Below, piece by piece: positions 30,448 to 44,574 of a stretch of 64,000 nt of DNA. The notes below the pieces were generated by a model. That model made no database searches, was not told the origin of the DNA, and saw only the letters and a list, made by a program, of their open reading frames with translations. How positions within the stretch are numbered: the first letter of the stretch is position 1; every line of letters begins with the position of its first letter. The position numbers were made by a program, and so were the translations under genes. The stretch is from Gammaproteobacteria bacterium. Lineage in GTDB: Bacteria > Pseudomonadota > Gammaproteobacteria > Ga0077536. The DNA lies in the NCBI GenBank assembly GCA_047611805.1, contig JBLFWX010000022.1:233-64232 (forward strand). The letters run 5' to 3'.

Positions 30448-31017
30448 ATGAATTTTATCTCAATTATGTTGCTGGCCTTGGCGATGTCCACGGACGCATT
30501 TGCGGTTGCTGTCGGCAAGGGCGCCGCACTCCATGAGCCCCGTTGGAGCGAGGCGCTTCGAACGGGCGTTATCTTTGGGGTAATCGAGTCCCTGACGCCA
30601 ATACTTGGCTGGGCCGTTGGTTTTGCAGCCGCTCAGTACGTCACTGCGTGGGACCATTGGATCGCATTTCTTCTGCTCGGCGGATTGGGTGGGCAGATGG
30701 TCATCGCGAACCTCGACGCGCCCAATGAAAGCGAGATTGAAAAACCTAATAAGCATTCCTTTTGGTTGCTTGCCATAACGGGCTTCGCTACGAGTATTGA
30801 TGCGTTGATTGTGGGCATCGGCTTGGCATTCCTCGATATCGACATCCTGCCCATCGCGGCTGCGATCGGCTTCACCACTTTCGTCATGGTGACGATGGGT
30901 GTAATGCTCGGACAAGTACTTGGAGTTGTTACGGGAAAGCGCGCCGGGACCGTCGCCGGCTTACTTCTTATCGGCATAGGTACGGCGATCTTGATTGAAC
31001 ACCTAACAGCGCAATGA
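30448..31017 (+). CDS. mntP: manganese efflux pump MntP
   Basis: [39 protein letters not shown]. Confidence 0.93.
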   Translation: MNFISIMLLALAMSTDAFAVAVGKGAALHEPRWSEALRTGVIFGVIESLTPILGWAVGFAAAQYVTAWDHWIAFLLLGGLGGQMVIANLDAPNESEIEKPNKHSFWLLAITGFATSIDALIVGIGLAFLDIDILPIAAAIGFTTFVMVTMGVMLGQVLGVVTGKRAGTVAGLLLIGIGTAILIEHLTAQ

Positions 31018-31311
31018 CAACGTCACTTCTCAATGTGAAGCCCATCAGGCAATTCTCGGTTACGCGACAGCTTCATGCTTCGACGTAAATTCCCGGAATT
31101 GAAACGACGGATAGGGGTCCTTTTAAACTCGGCAGCAACGGAGACCAAATAAAAGGTAGAGCACAGAGTGAAACGTCCAAAAAAGCTGGCGCCGCTTCAG
31201 GGGTTTTATATCGATCGACGGCTGGCAAGGTCAGCGGCACGCGATGTGGTCACGCGAGGTATTGAAAATCCGCAAGATTTGGTTTTGTTGTCTTTTGATT
31301 ATCAGCGTTTC

Positions 31312-32427
31312 TTAAAGAGTTCGTTTAAACTTTATGATACTCAGTGAAACGAATAGTAAAAAAAAGCCGAACAATATTGAAAACGCTGGCAGTAGATCGC
31401 TCATATGCGTTTGCTTGATCAATAAGCCACGAATAATCTCGATAAAGTATGTAAACGGAATTGCGTAACTAATTGCTCTAACCGTGTTGGGGATAGCTTC
31501 CAACGGAAATATAAATCCTGACAATAGAATAGAAGGAACGATGATAAAAATTGCAATAAACATTGCTTGTTGCTGCGTTCTGGCAATCAATGAGATCAAC
31601 AGGCCGAGAGAAATCATTACTGCAACATAGATTAATGCCAATATGAACAACAGTGCATGAGATGAAGGCATAGGTAAATCGAACAGCACCCAACCTGCTA
31701 TCAGAATAAAATAAAAGTCGATCAATGAAATAACAACATAGGGCAGCAGTTTTCCGATCACGAAAGATGTTTTGCTCATCGGGGTGACAAGTAACTGCTC
31801 TAAGGTTCGTTTTTCTCTTTCACGTACCACAGAAATGCCGGTTAGTATCAGTGCGATTTGCATGATCAAAACGCCGATGACGCCGGGAAGAAAAAACCAA
31901 GTTTCTTTTTCATCTGGGTTGAATAAAACAACTGTGTCCATTACGAACGGCTCACGGGCGACGACAACATTCTCTGCATCGGGGTTTAAGAAATACATAT
32001 CGTTCGTCACGTGCTCATCAGTTGCGCTATTCGAATGGTATTTCATCGCTGTGCTTAGTGCCGGCATTGTGCCATCAACATAGAGCGTGATGTGCGGTTG
32101 TTTGTTTTCGACGAGCAGCGAAGTGAAATCATCGCCGATATGCAGACCGGCCTTGGCGCGACCAGATCGAATTTCCTCGATGATTTCTTGCTGTGACGTG
32201 ACTTCATATAAGTCGAAATAGCCGTCAGTCCAAAGACCCGTTTTAATCAGGCTCGGAAAAAAAGATCGATCCTCATCGTGATACGCCATCTTGACATTTT
32301 GTGGCTCGAGCTTAAGCGCAACGCCGAAAAGAATAAGTAAGAACAACGGCATCACTACTATTAGTCCGATTAGGCGCGGGTCGCGGCGCAGTTGTAGTAG
32401 CTCCTTTTTTACAATTGCTGTAATCAA
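31312..32427 (-). CDS. ABC-2 type exporter permease (YbhS/YbhR-like)
   Basis: KELLQLRRDPR, FNP....WFFLPG, VVREREK.TLEQLLVTP, LSGFIFPLE.IP. Confidence 0.92.
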   Translation of the reverse strand: MITAIVKKELLQLRRDPRLIGLIVVMPLFLLILFGVALKLEPQNVKMAYHDEDRSFFPSLIKTGLWTDGYFDLYEVTSQQEIIEEIRSGRAKAGLHIGDDFTSLLVENKQPHITLYVDGTMPALSTAMKYHSNSATDEHVTNDMYFLNPDAENVVVAREPFVMDTVVLFNPDEKETWFFLPGVIGVLIMQIALILTGISVVREREKRTLEQLLVTPMSKTSFVIGKLLPYVVISLIDFYFILIAGWVLFDLPMPSSHALLFILALIYVAVMISLGLLISLIARTQQQAMFIAIFIIVPSILLSGFIFPLEAIPNTVRAISYAIPFTYFIEIIRGLLIKQTHMSDLLPAFSILFGFFLLFVSLSIIKFKRTL

Positions 32428-33326
32428 TGCGCTATAGACGACTCGAGTGTCAAGGCGATGAAAGTATCTTCTAAATTCGGCTCGTCGATTTCAAGCGAGC
32501 AGGGCGAGCCAATGACTGCACTAATGGTGGTTGCCAATTTTGATCGAGTGAGTTTAGGAGTGACGACCATGCGCAACTCATTACCAAACTGGTTGACTAG
32601 GATCATTCCTTCTAAATCCTGCAAAGCGTCCCGGAGTTCGGGAAGGTAAAGAATTCTAGTGGTGTACACGCTAGCTTCGCCGAGGGCTTGTTTAATTGTG
32701 TCGGGCGAGCCTGCCGCCACGATCGTCCCGTTCGATATAAAAGCCAACTGGTGACAGCGTTGGGCTTCTTCCATGTAGTGCGTTGTAACAAAAAGCGTTT
32801 TGCCTTCGGCGGCCAATGTATACAGATCATCCCACATTAGTTTGCGGGTTACCGGATCAATCCCAGCGGTAGGTTCGTCGAGAAAGATTACTTTTGGATC
32901 ATGTGCTAGCGCACAGGCAAGCGCCAGTCGACGTTGGTAACCGCCTGAAAGTAAACCCGCCCGCTGATGTTTGAAGACCGTCAGATGATAGCGGTCTAGA
33001 AGAGAAGCCAAATTTAGTTCGTCAGTGACACCATACATTTGCGCATAGAATTTTAGATTCTCCCAAACGCTTAGTTCTTCATACTGGCCGAAATGCTGCG
33101 CGACATAACCTAGATCAATTTTCGCCTGCGTGATGGACATATCGTTGATTGTTACCGTACCTTCATCGCATTTGACAAGTCCACAAAGCATACGAATAAC
33201 GGTTGTTTTGCCGGCCGCATTCGGACCTAGCAATCCGAATATCTGGCCATTCCCGACGTTCAAGCTCACATCGTCGACTACGTTGCGACCGTTAAATCGC
33301 TTGATTAAATGACTAGCGCTAATCAT
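32424..33326 (-). CDS. ABC transporter ATP-binding protein
   Basis: GPNAAGKTT, LSGG, LDEPTAGIDP, TTHYMEEA. ATGA coupling to the permease. Confidence 0.95.
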   Translation of the reverse strand: MISASHLIKRFNGRNVVDDVSLNVGNGQIFGLLGPNAAGKTTVIRMLCGLVKCDEGTVTINDMSITQAKIDLGYVAQHFGQYEELSVWENLKFYAQMYGVTDELNLASLLDRYHLTVFKHQRAGLLSGGYQRRLALACALAHDPKVIFLDEPTAGIDPVTRKLMWDDLYTLAAEGKTLFVTTHYMEEAQRCHQLAFISNGTIVAAGSPDTIKQALGEASVYTTRILYLPELRDALQDLEGMILVNQFGNELRMVVTPKLTRSKLATTISAVIGSPCSLEIDEPNLEDTFIALTLESSIAH

Positions 33327-33505
33327 GAGAGTACAAAAATTGCTTATTAAGGAAAAAAGCCGATGTGAAGTTTCAGCATAACATCGGTGTAAAGTAGTTT
33401 TTTCGGTGAAACTTCGAGCCCCTATAGATTCTTACGTTTCGACCGCCTGCTCACTTGCAGTTAATCACGTCTTGGCAATAGTCCTCGATGCGCGAGGGGC
33501 TTGGT

Positions 33506-34540
33506 TTAGATACATTCAGTAGCCTTGTTGAATCGTGAGCGCGTTCGGTTTGCGAACGCCACTAACGAGAGCATTACTGGTACTTCGACCAGCACGCCGA
33601 CCACCGTTGCCAATGCTGCACCGGAATTCAGTCCGAATAAACTAATCGCGACGGCAACCGCTAACTCGAAGAAATTTGACGTACCGATCAAAGCGGCCGG
33701 TGCCGCAATGTTGTGCGGTACTCTCCATAGATAGGCCCAGCCGTAGGCAATAATAAAGATCCCGTAACTTTGAAAGAGTAACGGTACGCAGATGAGCGCA
33801 ATCACCAGTGGGCGTTCGACAATTGTGTGCGCCTGGAAGCCGAATAGAAGCACCACCGTAGCTAGCAATCCGACGATAGAAAACGGTTTTAGACGCGCGC
33901 TGAAGCGAGAGACTCTGCCGTTCGCGCCGTGATCACTTAGTAGGCGCCTTGTCACATAGCCAGCCACGAGCGGGACAACGACGTATAGAATGACCGACAG
34001 TATTAAGGTCTCCCATGGCACCAATACGTCAGTAATGCCAAGCAGCAACGCAGCGATCGGTGCGAATGCGAAGATCATAATGATGTCGTTGATCGACACT
34101 TGAACTAGTGTGTAATTGGGATCCCCGTCCGTGAGTTGGCTCCACACGAAAACCATCGCAGTACATGGCGCGACACCGAGCAAGATCATCCCGGCGATGT
34201 ATTGTTTCGCGTCCGCGGGGCTAACGAGACCCGCAAACACATGTTCAAAAAACAATACCCCAAGGGCCGCCATAGAAAATGGCTTAATTAACCAATTCAC
34301 TACCAAAGTCACGCATAAACCTTTCGGTTTTCGCCTAACGTCCTTTACTGAAGCGAAATCGATATTAACCATCATTGGGTAAATCATGACCCAGATCAGG
34401 ACGGCCACAACGAGGTTAACGTTGGCGTATTCTAGCGCCGCGACAGCCTGAAATACCGAGGGTGCGGTGTACCCAAGGCAGATTCCAATTAGGATGCATG
34501 CACTCACCCAAATACTGAGAAAACGTTCGAATGATCCCAT
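33506..34540 (-). CDS. acr3: ACR3 family arsenite efflux transporter
   Basis: [57 protein letters not shown]. Confidence 0.95.
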   Translation of the reverse strand: MGSFERFLSIWVSACILIGICLGYTAPSVFQAVAALEYANVNLVVAVLIWVMIYPMMVNIDFASVKDVRRKPKGLCVTLVVNWLIKPFSMAALGVLFFEHVFAGLVSPADAKQYIAGMILLGVAPCTAMVFVWSQLTDGDPNYTLVQVSINDIIMIFAFAPIAALLLGITDVLVPWETLILSVILYVVVPLVAGYVTRRLLSDHGANGRVSRFSARLKPFSIVGLLATVVLLFGFQAHTIVERPLVIALICVPLLFQSYGIFIIAYGWAYLWRVPHNIAAPAALIGTSNFFELAVAVAISLFGLNSGAALATVVGVLVEVPVMLSLVAFANRTRSRFNKATECI

Positions 34541-35093
34541 TGCCAGTTCGTCCGTCCTTATGCTTAGATAATTATCTTTACCACCGCTACGCGGTCGGCT
34601 GCCAAGACGCGTTCGCGAAAGCACGTGCAATGCTCTTTAGAGCAGTCTTTGCAAAACGGCATCGCCGCCTTTGATAAGACCCACCAAGCAATGCTGCCTG
34701 AATTGGGACCATGGTCCTAGCCCATAGATTGCTGGTAGTCGTGCATCGCCAACGAAAGATTCCCAACGATTGCCTCAACCGAGATTGGGTTAGTGAGTCT
34801 GGAAATGTAGTTCCGGAGAAGTTCGCGTACGCCCAAGCTGGATGCAACGATAGACTAGTGAGCGAAATTCGTGTGTTATTTCGAAATGCTTTTTTGCAGG
34901 ACATCCACACTGTGGAATTGATGTTCCGGGCACACCGCGCGGCCAATCGTCTGTTGCACGTCAGATTACTTTCATCCATCGTCAGTAGGCCCTCGTCGAT
35001 AGCCGCCAGGTTCCTCGCAGTGCCTGTGAGCTTGCGGGCATTTGTCGGAATGCTCCGCCGTTAGATCTCGGTTGTATTCGTCGCGATCAGTGT

Positions 35094-35969
35094 TCATTTT
35101 TCGAACCGCTTGCGTATCGAGTGCAGCTCCGATCGGCGCTGCGCACTGGCTTCGGGATAGGCCATTTTCAGCCCGTTGAAGACATCCAGGATGATTTGGG
35201 AGATGAACAACCGCGCGTTCTTTTTGTCATCGGCGGGCACGACATACCAGGGTGAGATTCCCGTGCTCGTCTTGCCGAAACACGCCTCGTACGCTTGCAT
35301 GTAACGCTTCCACAGTTTCCGCTCTTCGACGTCGGCGACGCTAAGTTTCCAGTTCTTGTCCGGTTTATCGATGCGCTTGATGAAACGCTTTCGCTGCTCA
35401 TCCTTCGACTCGTGAAGGAAGATCTTGATGATCCGCGTGCCATTGCGGTGCAGATGGTTCTCGAGCTCCACGATCGACCGATAGCGCTCCATCCAAATGG
35501 TCTTCTCGTCGAGCAACTCGTTAGGAAGTTCTTGTCCAGCAAGAAGTTCGGGATGTACGCGCACGATGAGCACCTCCTCGTAGTAGGAGCGATTGAAAAT
35601 GCCGATTCGTCCGCGCTCCGGCAGGCGACAAGTGGTTCGCCACAGAAAGTCGTGCTGGAGCTCCTCGGCGCTCGGCTGCTGGAAGCTAAACACTTGGCAG
35701 CCCTGCGGATTGACGCCTGACATAACCTGCCGAATCGCGCCGTCTTTGCCGGCCGCGTCCATGCCCTGAAAAATGACCAGCATGGCATAGCCGTTCGATG
35801 CGTAGTGAAGCCGCTGCAGGGACGTCAGTTCGTCCACCTGTTGATCGAGAAGTTTGTGGTACTCCTTCTTCGACTTGTAAACGTGTTTCACGTGCGTCGG
35901 CCACTTCTTAAGGTCGACCCTCGTGCCCTCCGGAACACAGAAATCAGTGGGATCAATTGTCCGCGTCAT
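35094..35969 (-). CDS. ppk2: polyphosphate kinase 2 family protein (class III-like)
   Basis: [11 protein letters not shown] Walker [32 protein letters not shown]. The ATG overlaps the atpG stop (ATGA). Confidence 0.93.
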   Translation of the reverse strand: MTRTIDPTDFCVPEGTRVDLKKWPTHVKHVYKSKKEYHKLLDQQVDELTSLQRLHYASNGYAMLVIFQGMDAAGKDGAIRQVMSGVNPQGCQVFSFQQPSAEELQHDFLWRTTCRLPERGRIGIFNRSYYEEVLIVRVHPELLAGQELPNELLDEKTIWMERYRSIVELENHLHRNGTRIIKIFLHESKDEQRKRFIKRIDKPDKNWKLSVADVEERKLWKRYMQAYEACFGKTSTGISPWYVVPADDKKNARLFISQIILDVFNGLKMAYPEASAQRRSELHSIRKRFEK

Positions 35970-36907
35970 GACGTGCTACTCCTGCGTGTGTTCGTGCTCT
36001 TGGGTGCGCTGCCTTTTGAGAGTGCCTCGACGCCTGAGATCACGTCGAACAACTCCTCGTCGATGCTGCTCTGTCGCAATCGGTGGAAACTGCCGTTGAG
36101 CTCTTCGAGCAAGTCGTCGATGTTCTTATCGGCGCGTTGCATCGCCGACAGGCGGCTTGCGTTCTCGCTGGCGAGTGATTCGGCGCACGCCCGGAAGAGC
36201 GAGATGAAGAGATATTCCCGGATGAGTGCGCGTAGCGTCGCGGTGTCGCCGCCGAGGACCTCAGGCAGTCTTGCCGTGGGCCAGGGAATCTCGACCAGCT
36301 GGCGATGCCAGCTTTCGTCGAGTGGCAAAATTCGCTGGGTGACGGGCGCGTAGATCGATCCCGACCCCTTCCTTGAGGTCGGGCGGTTGTAGAACAGGTG
36401 GAGCTCAGCGACTGCAATCGGGCTACGGCGCGTCTCGGTCTCAACGAGAATTTCCCCGACAAGGGGACCGATGGTCCTGACCGAATTAGGCACGGTGAAA
36501 ACCTTCGTCGGCGGCACGCCCGCGTCGACCAGGCGCGCATGAACGCGCTCACCAACGGCCCAGACTTGGCTTTTGCCCGGCAGAGCTGCGAGGGTCTCCA
36601 TCGCAAAATCGGCCACGACCTCATTAAACTGACCGGCGAGGCCCTGGTCTGAACCGAACACGACGGCACCGATCGTGTTGTGCGCAGGTCGTCCATTGTG
36701 CTCGCTCGATAAGAGCGCGGGCCCATCCGCCCGGAAGCATGCCCCCAGCCCCAATTCCACGGTCCGATAGTAGTCGGCAAGTGCGCGCACCGATTGTTCG
36801 TACTGCCCAATACTCGAGGCGGCCAAGGCCTTCATCGTGCGGACCACGGATTGTAGATCTCCGGCGCTGGCGAGCTTTCGGCGCAGACTCGCCGATGTGT
36901 CGCTCAC
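35966..36907 (-). CDS. atpG: N-type F1Fo ATPase gamma subunit
   Basis: [41 protein letters not shown]. Confidence 0.95.
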   Translation of the reverse strand: MSDTSASLRRKLASAGDLQSVVRTMKALAASSIGQYEQSVRALADYYRTVELGLGACFRADGPALLSSEHNGRPAHNTIGAVVFGSDQGLAGQFNEVVADFAMETLAALPGKSQVWAVGERVHARLVDAGVPPTKVFTVPNSVRTIGPLVGEILVETETRRSPIAVAELHLFYNRPTSRKGSGSIYAPVTQRILPLDESWHRQLVEIPWPTARLPEVLGGDTATLRALIREYLFISLFRACAESLASENASRLSAMQRADKNIDDLLEELNGSFHRLRQSSIDEELFDVISGVEALSKGSAPKSTNTRRSSTS

Positions 36908-38553
36908 GACTTCACCTTCCGTGCCGCTTCGGGTTCGGCCTTCGTGTCGGCCTGTGGCCTGGATTTGGAATCAGGCTGGGATCTTTCCTTGGCTTCGGGC
37001 TCGACTTCGGACTGGGATTCGGATGTGGACTGGAAACGGGCCAGCGCGTGGCGGGCGAGGTCGATAATCATCTTGCGATCCTCTGCCTCTAGTTTCGCGG
37101 TGGTGTCGAACCGCGCACGCACTTCGTGCGCAATGGCCGCGACCGCCTCGCGCACGGCGTGCTCGGCTTCAGGCATCTGATCGAGCGGCACCGGATCGAA
37201 GAGCTCTGTAGTCAACGCCAGCAGTACAGCGATTTGTGCAGGCACAGCAACCGGGGCGAACTCAGGTTGCTTGAGGCAAGCACGGATTCGCTGTCCATGT
37301 TCGATGGTCTTGCGCGTGTCCTCATCCAGCCGGGCGCCGAACCGGGCAAAGGTCTCGAGCTCCTCGAACTGCGCGTAGGCGAGTTTGAGGTCGCCCGCCA
37401 CCGCACGGTAGGCCGCGCGCTGCGCCTTGCCGCCGACACGCGAGACGGATTTACCAACATCGACCGCCGGCAGCACCCCCAATTCGAATAACCTGGGCGA
37501 AAGATAGATTTGCCCATCGGTGATCGAAATAAGATTTGTCGGAATGTAGGCGGAGATATTCTGCGCTTCTGTCTCGATGATGGGCAACGCCGTGAGCGAC
37601 CCGCCGCCGAGCTCCGCGCGAAGATGCGTCGCCCGTTCGAGCAGGCGCGAATGGATGTAGAAGATGTCGCCCGGGAACGCTTCGCGTCCGGGTGGTCGCC
37701 TGAGCAGGAGGGAAAGCTCGCGATACGCGCGGGCGTGCTGCGTGAGATCGTCATAGACGATCAGCACATCGCGGCCCGCTTCCATGAAGTGCTCAGCGAT
37801 GCTAGTCGCCGCGTAAGGAGCGATGTAGGTGAGACCTGGCGGGTCGTTGCCCTCAGTGACAACCACGACGGTGTACTCCATGGCGGCCCTCTCCCGCAGG
37901 AGCGCCACAGTCTTCGCCACGGCGGAAGCTCGCTGGCCAATGGCGCAATAGACACACACAACGTCCTGCCCTCGCTGATTGAGGATGGTGTCGATCGCAA
38001 TGGCAGTCTTGCCGGTCTGCCGGTCACCCAGAATGAGCTCGCGCTGGCCGCGTCCGATTGGGATGAGCGCATCGATGACCTTGATGCCGGTCTGGAGTGG
38101 CACGGTAACCGGTGCGCGGTCCATGATGGGTGCAGCAGGGCGTTCAATGGGTAAGCGCTCGCGTGCTGAGAGCGGCCGGTTACCATCGAGAGGCCGACCG
38201 AGCGGATCGATCACGCGTCCCACCAATCCGTCGCCGACGGCGACATCCATCACCCGACCCGTACGCGCGACTTCATCGCCGACGTGCAGGTGCCAGTGCT
38301 CGCCGAGCAGAACGACACCGATTTCGTCCTCATCCACGTTGAACGCGACACCGAAGATTCCACCGGGAAGCTGGATCAACTCATCAAAGCCGACGTCGGG
38401 GAGGCCGGAGACGGTGGCGATGGCAGTAGAGATCGAGGTGATCGTTCCGAGCTCACGTGGCACGAACTGCGGGGTAAAGCTTTCGCGCGCCCGGCGCATG
38501 CCTTGAAAGGTCCGATCTAGGACGCTTTGCAGACTCTCATCCGCCGTATTCAT
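36904..38553 (-). CDS. atpA: N-type F1Fo ATPase alpha subunit
   Basis: [33 protein letters not shown]. Start is 38553 or 38559. Confidence 0.97.
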   Translation of the reverse strand: MNTADESLQSVLDRTFQGMRRARESFTPQFVPRELGTITSISTAIATVSGLPDVGFDELIQLPGGIFGVAFNVDEDEIGVVLLGEHWHLHVGDEVARTGRVMDVAVGDGLVGRVIDPLGRPLDGNRPLSARERLPIERPAAPIMDRAPVTVPLQTGIKVIDALIPIGRGQRELILGDRQTGKTAIAIDTILNQRGQDVVCVYCAIGQRASAVAKTVALLRERAAMEYTVVVVTEGNDPPGLTYIAPYAATSIAEHFMEAGRDVLIVYDDLTQHARAYRELSLLLRRPPGREAFPGDIFYIHSRLLERATHLRAELGGGSLTALPIIETEAQNISAYIPTNLISITDGQIYLSPRLFELGVLPAVDVGKSVSRVGGKAQRAAYRAVAGDLKLAYAQFEELETFARFGARLDEDTRKTIEHGQRIRACLKQPEFAPVAVPAQIAVLLALTTELFDPVPLDQMPEAEHAVREAVAAIAHEVRARFDTTAKLEAEDRKMIIDLARHALARFQSTSESQSEVEPEAKERSQPDSKSRPQADTKAEPEAARKVKS

Positions 38554-39367
38554 TTGCATCCCCTTCTAGGACCGGCACCGGCTCGGCCTTGATCTCGTGC
38601 TCCGCTTGGACTGGCTTGCCCACAAGTGTGGCGACGCTCTTCTCCAGCGACCCGAGGTAATCGTCGATGCTCCAAGCCACCTTCTGTCCATTCGTGGCGA
38701 GCTCGATTCCGCCGATCAGGTCTGATGCAGTTTCGAAGCGGATTTCGATCTCTGCTGAGAAGGCTTCGTTCAGCCCATTCTGTATCGCCGCGCGCTGCGG
38801 CGCTGGCAGTTCGAATGCGCTACGCACAAGCGCAGGGTCCGACGCCGTTTTCAGGGCAGCGCCCAAGCGCTCCTTCGCCTGGCTATCCATTTCTTGCAAG
38901 CGGCGCATGAACGCCTCGCTCATACACGCTTCCAAACTCGTCGTGGCCAGATCCGTCAGCGCCTTTCGCACGATGGCAAACACTTCTTCGCGCGTCTGGC
39001 GACCGATCGCTTGACTCAGGTCATGGGCGTCGCTTCTCAGCGTCTGCTGTCGTTTGGCACTCAAAATCTCGGCTGCCTCTAGCGCCTCGCCCTGGAGCCG
39101 CCGACGATCGGCTTTCGCCTCGTCGGTCGCCTGGCTCAAGAGGGTGGCGCGCTGCTGGTCGAATTCCTCGTTCTTGCGCTGGAACTCGGCGCGCTCCTTT
39201 TGGGCTTCGGCCTTTTGCGCGTCGGCGTCCGCGAGCTCCACGGCAATTCGCTTCTCGCGCGAGTCGATCGCGTGGAGGATCGGCTGATAGAGAAAACGCT
39301 TCATCAGCCACACCAGGATGACGAAGTTAAGTGCCTGCGCGCCGACGGTGAACCAATCGATGAGCAC
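38537..39367 (-). CDS. atpF: N-type ATPase long b subunit with delta-like C-terminus
   Basis: [25 protein letters not shown], a coiled coil, and C-terminal L.GGIEL...GQKVAWS..DYL. Confidence 0.93.
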   Translation of the reverse strand: MLIDWFTVGAQALNFVILVWLMKRFLYQPILHAIDSREKRIAVELADADAQKAEAQKERAEFQRKNEEFDQQRATLLSQATDEAKADRRRLQGEALEAAEILSAKRQQTLRSDAHDLSQAIGRQTREEVFAIVRKALTDLATTSLEACMSEAFMRRLQEMDSQAKERLGAALKTASDPALVRSAFELPAPQRAAIQNGLNEAFSAEIEIRFETASDLIGGIELATNGQKVAWSIDDYLGSLEKSVATLVGKPVQAEHEIKAEPVPVLEGDANEYGG

Positions 39368-39370
39368 GAA

Positions 39371-39652
39371 TCACCTGCCCCCGGCTTGCGCAATGAGGTG
39401 GTTCCAGAACGGATTGGCAAAGATGAGAATCATCGAGACCACAAAGCAGTAGATGGCCGTGGACTCAATCATCGCCAAACCCACGAACAAGGTCCGGGTA
39501 ATAGTGGCGGACGCGTCAGGTTGCTGCGCCAACGCGCTCAGCGCCGTGGCGACCGCCCGACCTTCCGCTAGTGCGGGCCCCATGGTGCCGAAGCCGGTTG
39601 TGATGCCGGCGATTACAATTGATGCTACTGCGATGATCGTCATGCTATCCAT
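39371..39652 (-). CDS. atpE: N-type ATPase c subunit
   Basis: GPALAEGRA, AQQPDA, GLAMIESTAIY; AAGGAGA RBS. Confidence 0.97.
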   Translation of the reverse strand: MDSMTIIAVASIVIAGITTGFGTMGPALAEGRAVATALSALAQQPDASATITRTLFVGLAMIESTAIYCFVVSMILIFANPFWNHLIAQAGGR

Positions 39653-39698
39653 ACATTCTCCTTGCGTTTCTGGATCGATTGTTGAAAGCGTGTTTTCG

Positions 39699-40388
39699 TC
39701 ATCCGGCTGATCCAAAAAGGGCTCCGACGGCTGCCGTTATCGCCATCGCTAATGCCCCCCAAAGCGTGACTCGGAGTGCGCCACGTGTTGTACTCGCGCC
39801 GCCCGCATAAGCAGCCGCTGCTCCCAATAGCGCGAGGCAGATCAGCGCAGCTCCTGCAACCAGCGGGATGAGATATCTGTCGGGAGACAACACCGCCGCA
39901 AGAAGCGGCAGGGCCGCCCCAACCGCGAACGTGCCCGCCGAGGCGATCGCCGCCTGCATTGGTCGGGCTCTCAACGAGCCGATGATGCCCAGTTCGTCGC
40001 GGGCATGGGCAACCAAGGCGCCTTTGGCCGTGAGTTGTTGGGCGACTTGTTTCGCAAGTGGAGGATTGAGCCCGCGCTCCTCGTAGATCTTCGTGAGCTC
40101 CAAAAGCTCTCCGGCGGAATCAGCTGCAAGCTCTCTTTTTTCGAGGGCGAGAGCGGCGCCCTCGGTATCGGCCTGGGAACTGACGGAAACGTACTCTCCT
40201 GCAGCCATCGACATTGCACCAGCAACCAACCCAGCTACGCCGGCGACCAGGACATCGTGGCTCGTCGCGTGTGCCGCAGCGACACCGACGACGAGACTCG
40301 CGGTTGAAACGATCCCGTCGTTGGCGCCGAGAACCGCCGCACGCAGCCAACCGATTCGGTTCGTTCGATGCGATTCACTATGGGGCAT
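39699..40388 (-). CDS. VIT1/CCC1 family Fe2+/Mn2+ transporter
   Basis: IGWLRAAVLGANDGIVS, AGAMSMAAGEYVSVSSQ, HARDELG, P.QAA..SA..F..GA.LP. Full length; overlaps the end of atpB by 11 nt. Confidence 0.95.
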   Translation of the reverse strand: MPHSESHRTNRIGWLRAAVLGANDGIVSTASLVVGVAAAHATSHDVLVAGVAGLVAGAMSMAAGEYVSVSSQADTEGAALALEKRELAADSAGELLELTKIYEERGLNPPLAKQVAQQLTAKGALVAHARDELGIIGSLRARPMQAAIASAGTFAVGAALPLLAAVLSPDRYLIPLVAGAALICLALLGAAAAYAGGASTTRGALRVTLWGALAMAITAAVGALFGSAG

Positions 40389-41109
40389 GTGTATTTTCAC
40401 TTTCTGCCACGCGCTCGAGCCGCGGGACCTCGTCATCATGGGGTTTGCGCGCGCGCGTGGCGGCGGCAATGTAAACCGCGGCCAGGATGCTGAAAATGTA
40501 GGCCTGTACCATGCCGGTGAGCAGACCGAGCGTCGTCATGACGATCGGAAAGATGAAGGGCGTGATCGTGAGCAGAATTCCGATGATCATCGCGCCGCTC
40601 ATCATGTTTCCGAACAGGCGGATGGCCAGGGCCAGCGTGCGGGAGATCTCGCTGATGATATTGAACGGCAGCATGATGAACGTGGGCTCGACGTAGGATT
40701 CGAGATAGCCGCCCACGCCTTGCTCCGCGATGCCGAAGAGCGGCACAGCGACAAACACGCATAACGCGAGGGCTACGGTCGTCGACAGGGATGCTGTTGG
40801 AGGCTCGTAGCCAGGGATGATGATGCACAGACTGGACGCGGCGACGAACAGAAAAAGCGTGCCCAAAAAGCTCAGGTACTTGTCCGGATGGCGCAGCCCA
40901 ACCTCCTCGATCTGTTTCATGATCGAGGTGACGACGATCTCCAGAAGATTCTGCCAGCGCGAGCGCGTGAGGTCCCTGGATAGTCTGCGCGTGATGAGCT
41001 TTGAGCCGACCGCGAGCGCGAGCATGAGTCCCCACGTGAACACAATGGTGGCATTGAGCTTGATGAACCCGGATTGCCAGAAGATCAACTCGTCGGGACT
41101 AAGGCGCAT
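40378..41109 (-). CDS. atpB: N-type ATPase a subunit
   Basis: PPT.SLSTT.ALA, SRTLALAIRLFGNMMSG (conserved Arg), VQAYIF..LA.VY. Confidence 0.96.
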   Translation of the reverse strand: MRLSPDELIFWQSGFIKLNATIVFTWGLMLALAVGSKLITRRLSRDLTRSRWQNLLEIVVTSIMKQIEEVGLRHPDKYLSFLGTLFLFVAASSLCIIIPGYEPPTASLSTTVALALCVFVAVPLFGIAEQGVGGYLESYVEPTFIMLPFNIISEISRTLALAIRLFGNMMSGAMIIGILLTITPFIFPIVMTTLGLLTGMVQAYIFSILAAVYIAAATRARKPHDDEVPRLERVAESENTHAP

Positions 41110-41413
41110 GGCTGGCCCCGTGTGTTGGGCGCCGCTCGGTCTGTGCCAACGACTTGGTCAGGCGCGTTACGAGAACGCGTGCCGTGACAAATCCGAGCAA
41201 GCACAAGAGCAGCCGATCCAAATGATTTCCTGAGATAACGTAAAAGCCAGCCAGAGTAACGCTCGTGCGCAAAAGGAAGCTACCGAAAACCCACAGCGCC
41301 GGTTGCTTCGCCGAGACAGCCTGGCGAACCGTCCACCACAGGCCGCCGAAGAAGAGCGCACCGAGTAGGCCCCCTGCCATCCACGCGAGCACCAGTATCA
41401 GCGGGTTACCCAT
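41099..41413 (-). CDS. atpR: N-ATPase AtpR subunit
   Basis: G.LLG.LFFGGLWWTV, SFLLR, GF..AR. Position after atpQ. Confidence 0.88.
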   Translation of the reverse strand: MGNPLILVLAWMAGGLLGALFFGGLWWTVRQAVSAKQPALWVFGSFLLRTSVTLAGFYVISGNHLDRLLLCLLGFVTARVLVTRLTKSLAQTERRPTHGASHAP

Positions 41414-41734
41414 CGCTATCCCCTTGTTCGTCCCGCATGGCCCGGTCTTCCTTGGCGACCCAGTGCCACGCATTCACACAACCAAGGACAAGCCCAGCGA
41501 CCAACAGGGCCAGTGTCCAGGAATGCGGGCCCGCGTGCCGCGCATCCAACCAGTGCCCCAGGCTCGCACCGAGCAGCGTCGGTATCACTACCGACCAGCC
41601 GATGAGGCCCATCATGCCCAGGCCGAACCAGACATGGCTGGGATTGCGCCGCGCCTTGAGTTTGCGGGCCGCCTTTGCGCCGACCTGCTCGGCGAAGGTC
41701 GCGCCATCCTTCGAGCTGCTGGCTGGCTTGTCAT

Positions 41735-41738
<4 letters not shown>
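41406..41738 (-). CDS. atpQ: N-ATPase AtpQ (AtpZ/AtpI-like) subunit
   Basis: ARKLKARR..WFGLGMMGLIGWSVV.PTLLG...G.WLD, GC.NAW.WV. Confidence 0.9.
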
Positions 41739-43905
<2,167 letters not shown>

Positions 43906-43969
43906 GGGCGCTGAGGCGCCACAGCCCCGAGCCGAACGTTTCATTGGAGAGCATCGCGGCGTTGAGCAT

Positions 43970-44410
43970 TCATTTTTTTTCGGCCTGATGTTGAGCGCCC
44001 ACCGGTTTCTCGTCCATGCTCTTCTTCATGTGGCACTTCGCCATGGATTCCTTGCCCATGTGCATGTGCTGCATCATCTCCTCTTTCATCTTTGCCGTGC
44101 GCGCATGCATGGCGATCCGCTGCTCAACCATGTTGGTGAGAAGGGCGGCCATCAGGTCTGTCTTCTGGTCCTTCGGCGCGCTGTTCATCTTGGCGACCTG
44201 CTCGGTGAGTTCCGCGTCATGCGCCTTCATGTCTACCTTCATTTTCTGTTTCTGTTCCTTCATTGCCTGGCAGTGTTCCATCATTTTGCCCTCCATCATC
44301 TTCTTTCCCTGCGCAGGCTCGGCGGATTGCGCTTGGGCGGGCGACCAGATGATCAGCGCTACGGCGAGGCTGGACTGAATGAGGAGACTCGTATATGCAT
44401 GGTTTTTCAT
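43970..44410 (-). CDS. Met-rich secreted helical protein (putative metal-binding)
   Basis: Signal peptide (AQA), very Met/His/Lys-rich coiled body, two Cys. Confidence 0.75.
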   Translation of the reverse strand: MKNHAYTSLLIQSSLAVALIIWSPAQAQSAEPAQGKKMMEGKMMEHCQAMKEQKQKMKVDMKAHDAELTEQVAKMNSAPKDQKTDLMAALLTNMVEQRIAMHARTAKMKEEMMQHMHMGKESMAKCHMKKSMDEKPVGAQHQAEKK

Positions 44411-44574
44411 GTTCTATTTCCTTTTTTGGGTTTTGGTTTGTGTTTCGCCCCCGGTTGGCAGCGCGTTGGTGAAATCGGCTTCATCGCGGTTTGCACGGAT
44501 ACCAGACCCGATGTTGTGCCGGAAGGGAGCGGCGTTGCGGTGGTGTGTTCTCCTCATAACTAGATTTCACCCAA

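Noticed and set aside
33351-33388. Terminator-like hairpin with T-run between acr3 and the ABC ATPase
   Set aside because: 8-bp stem with a 14-nt loop, very close to the next start codon; too weak to call.
34560-35060. Decayed arsR/arsC upstream of acr3
   Set aside because: Only a YRLHP.W-like fragment across a frameshift; no CVC or CxxNxxRS motif found.
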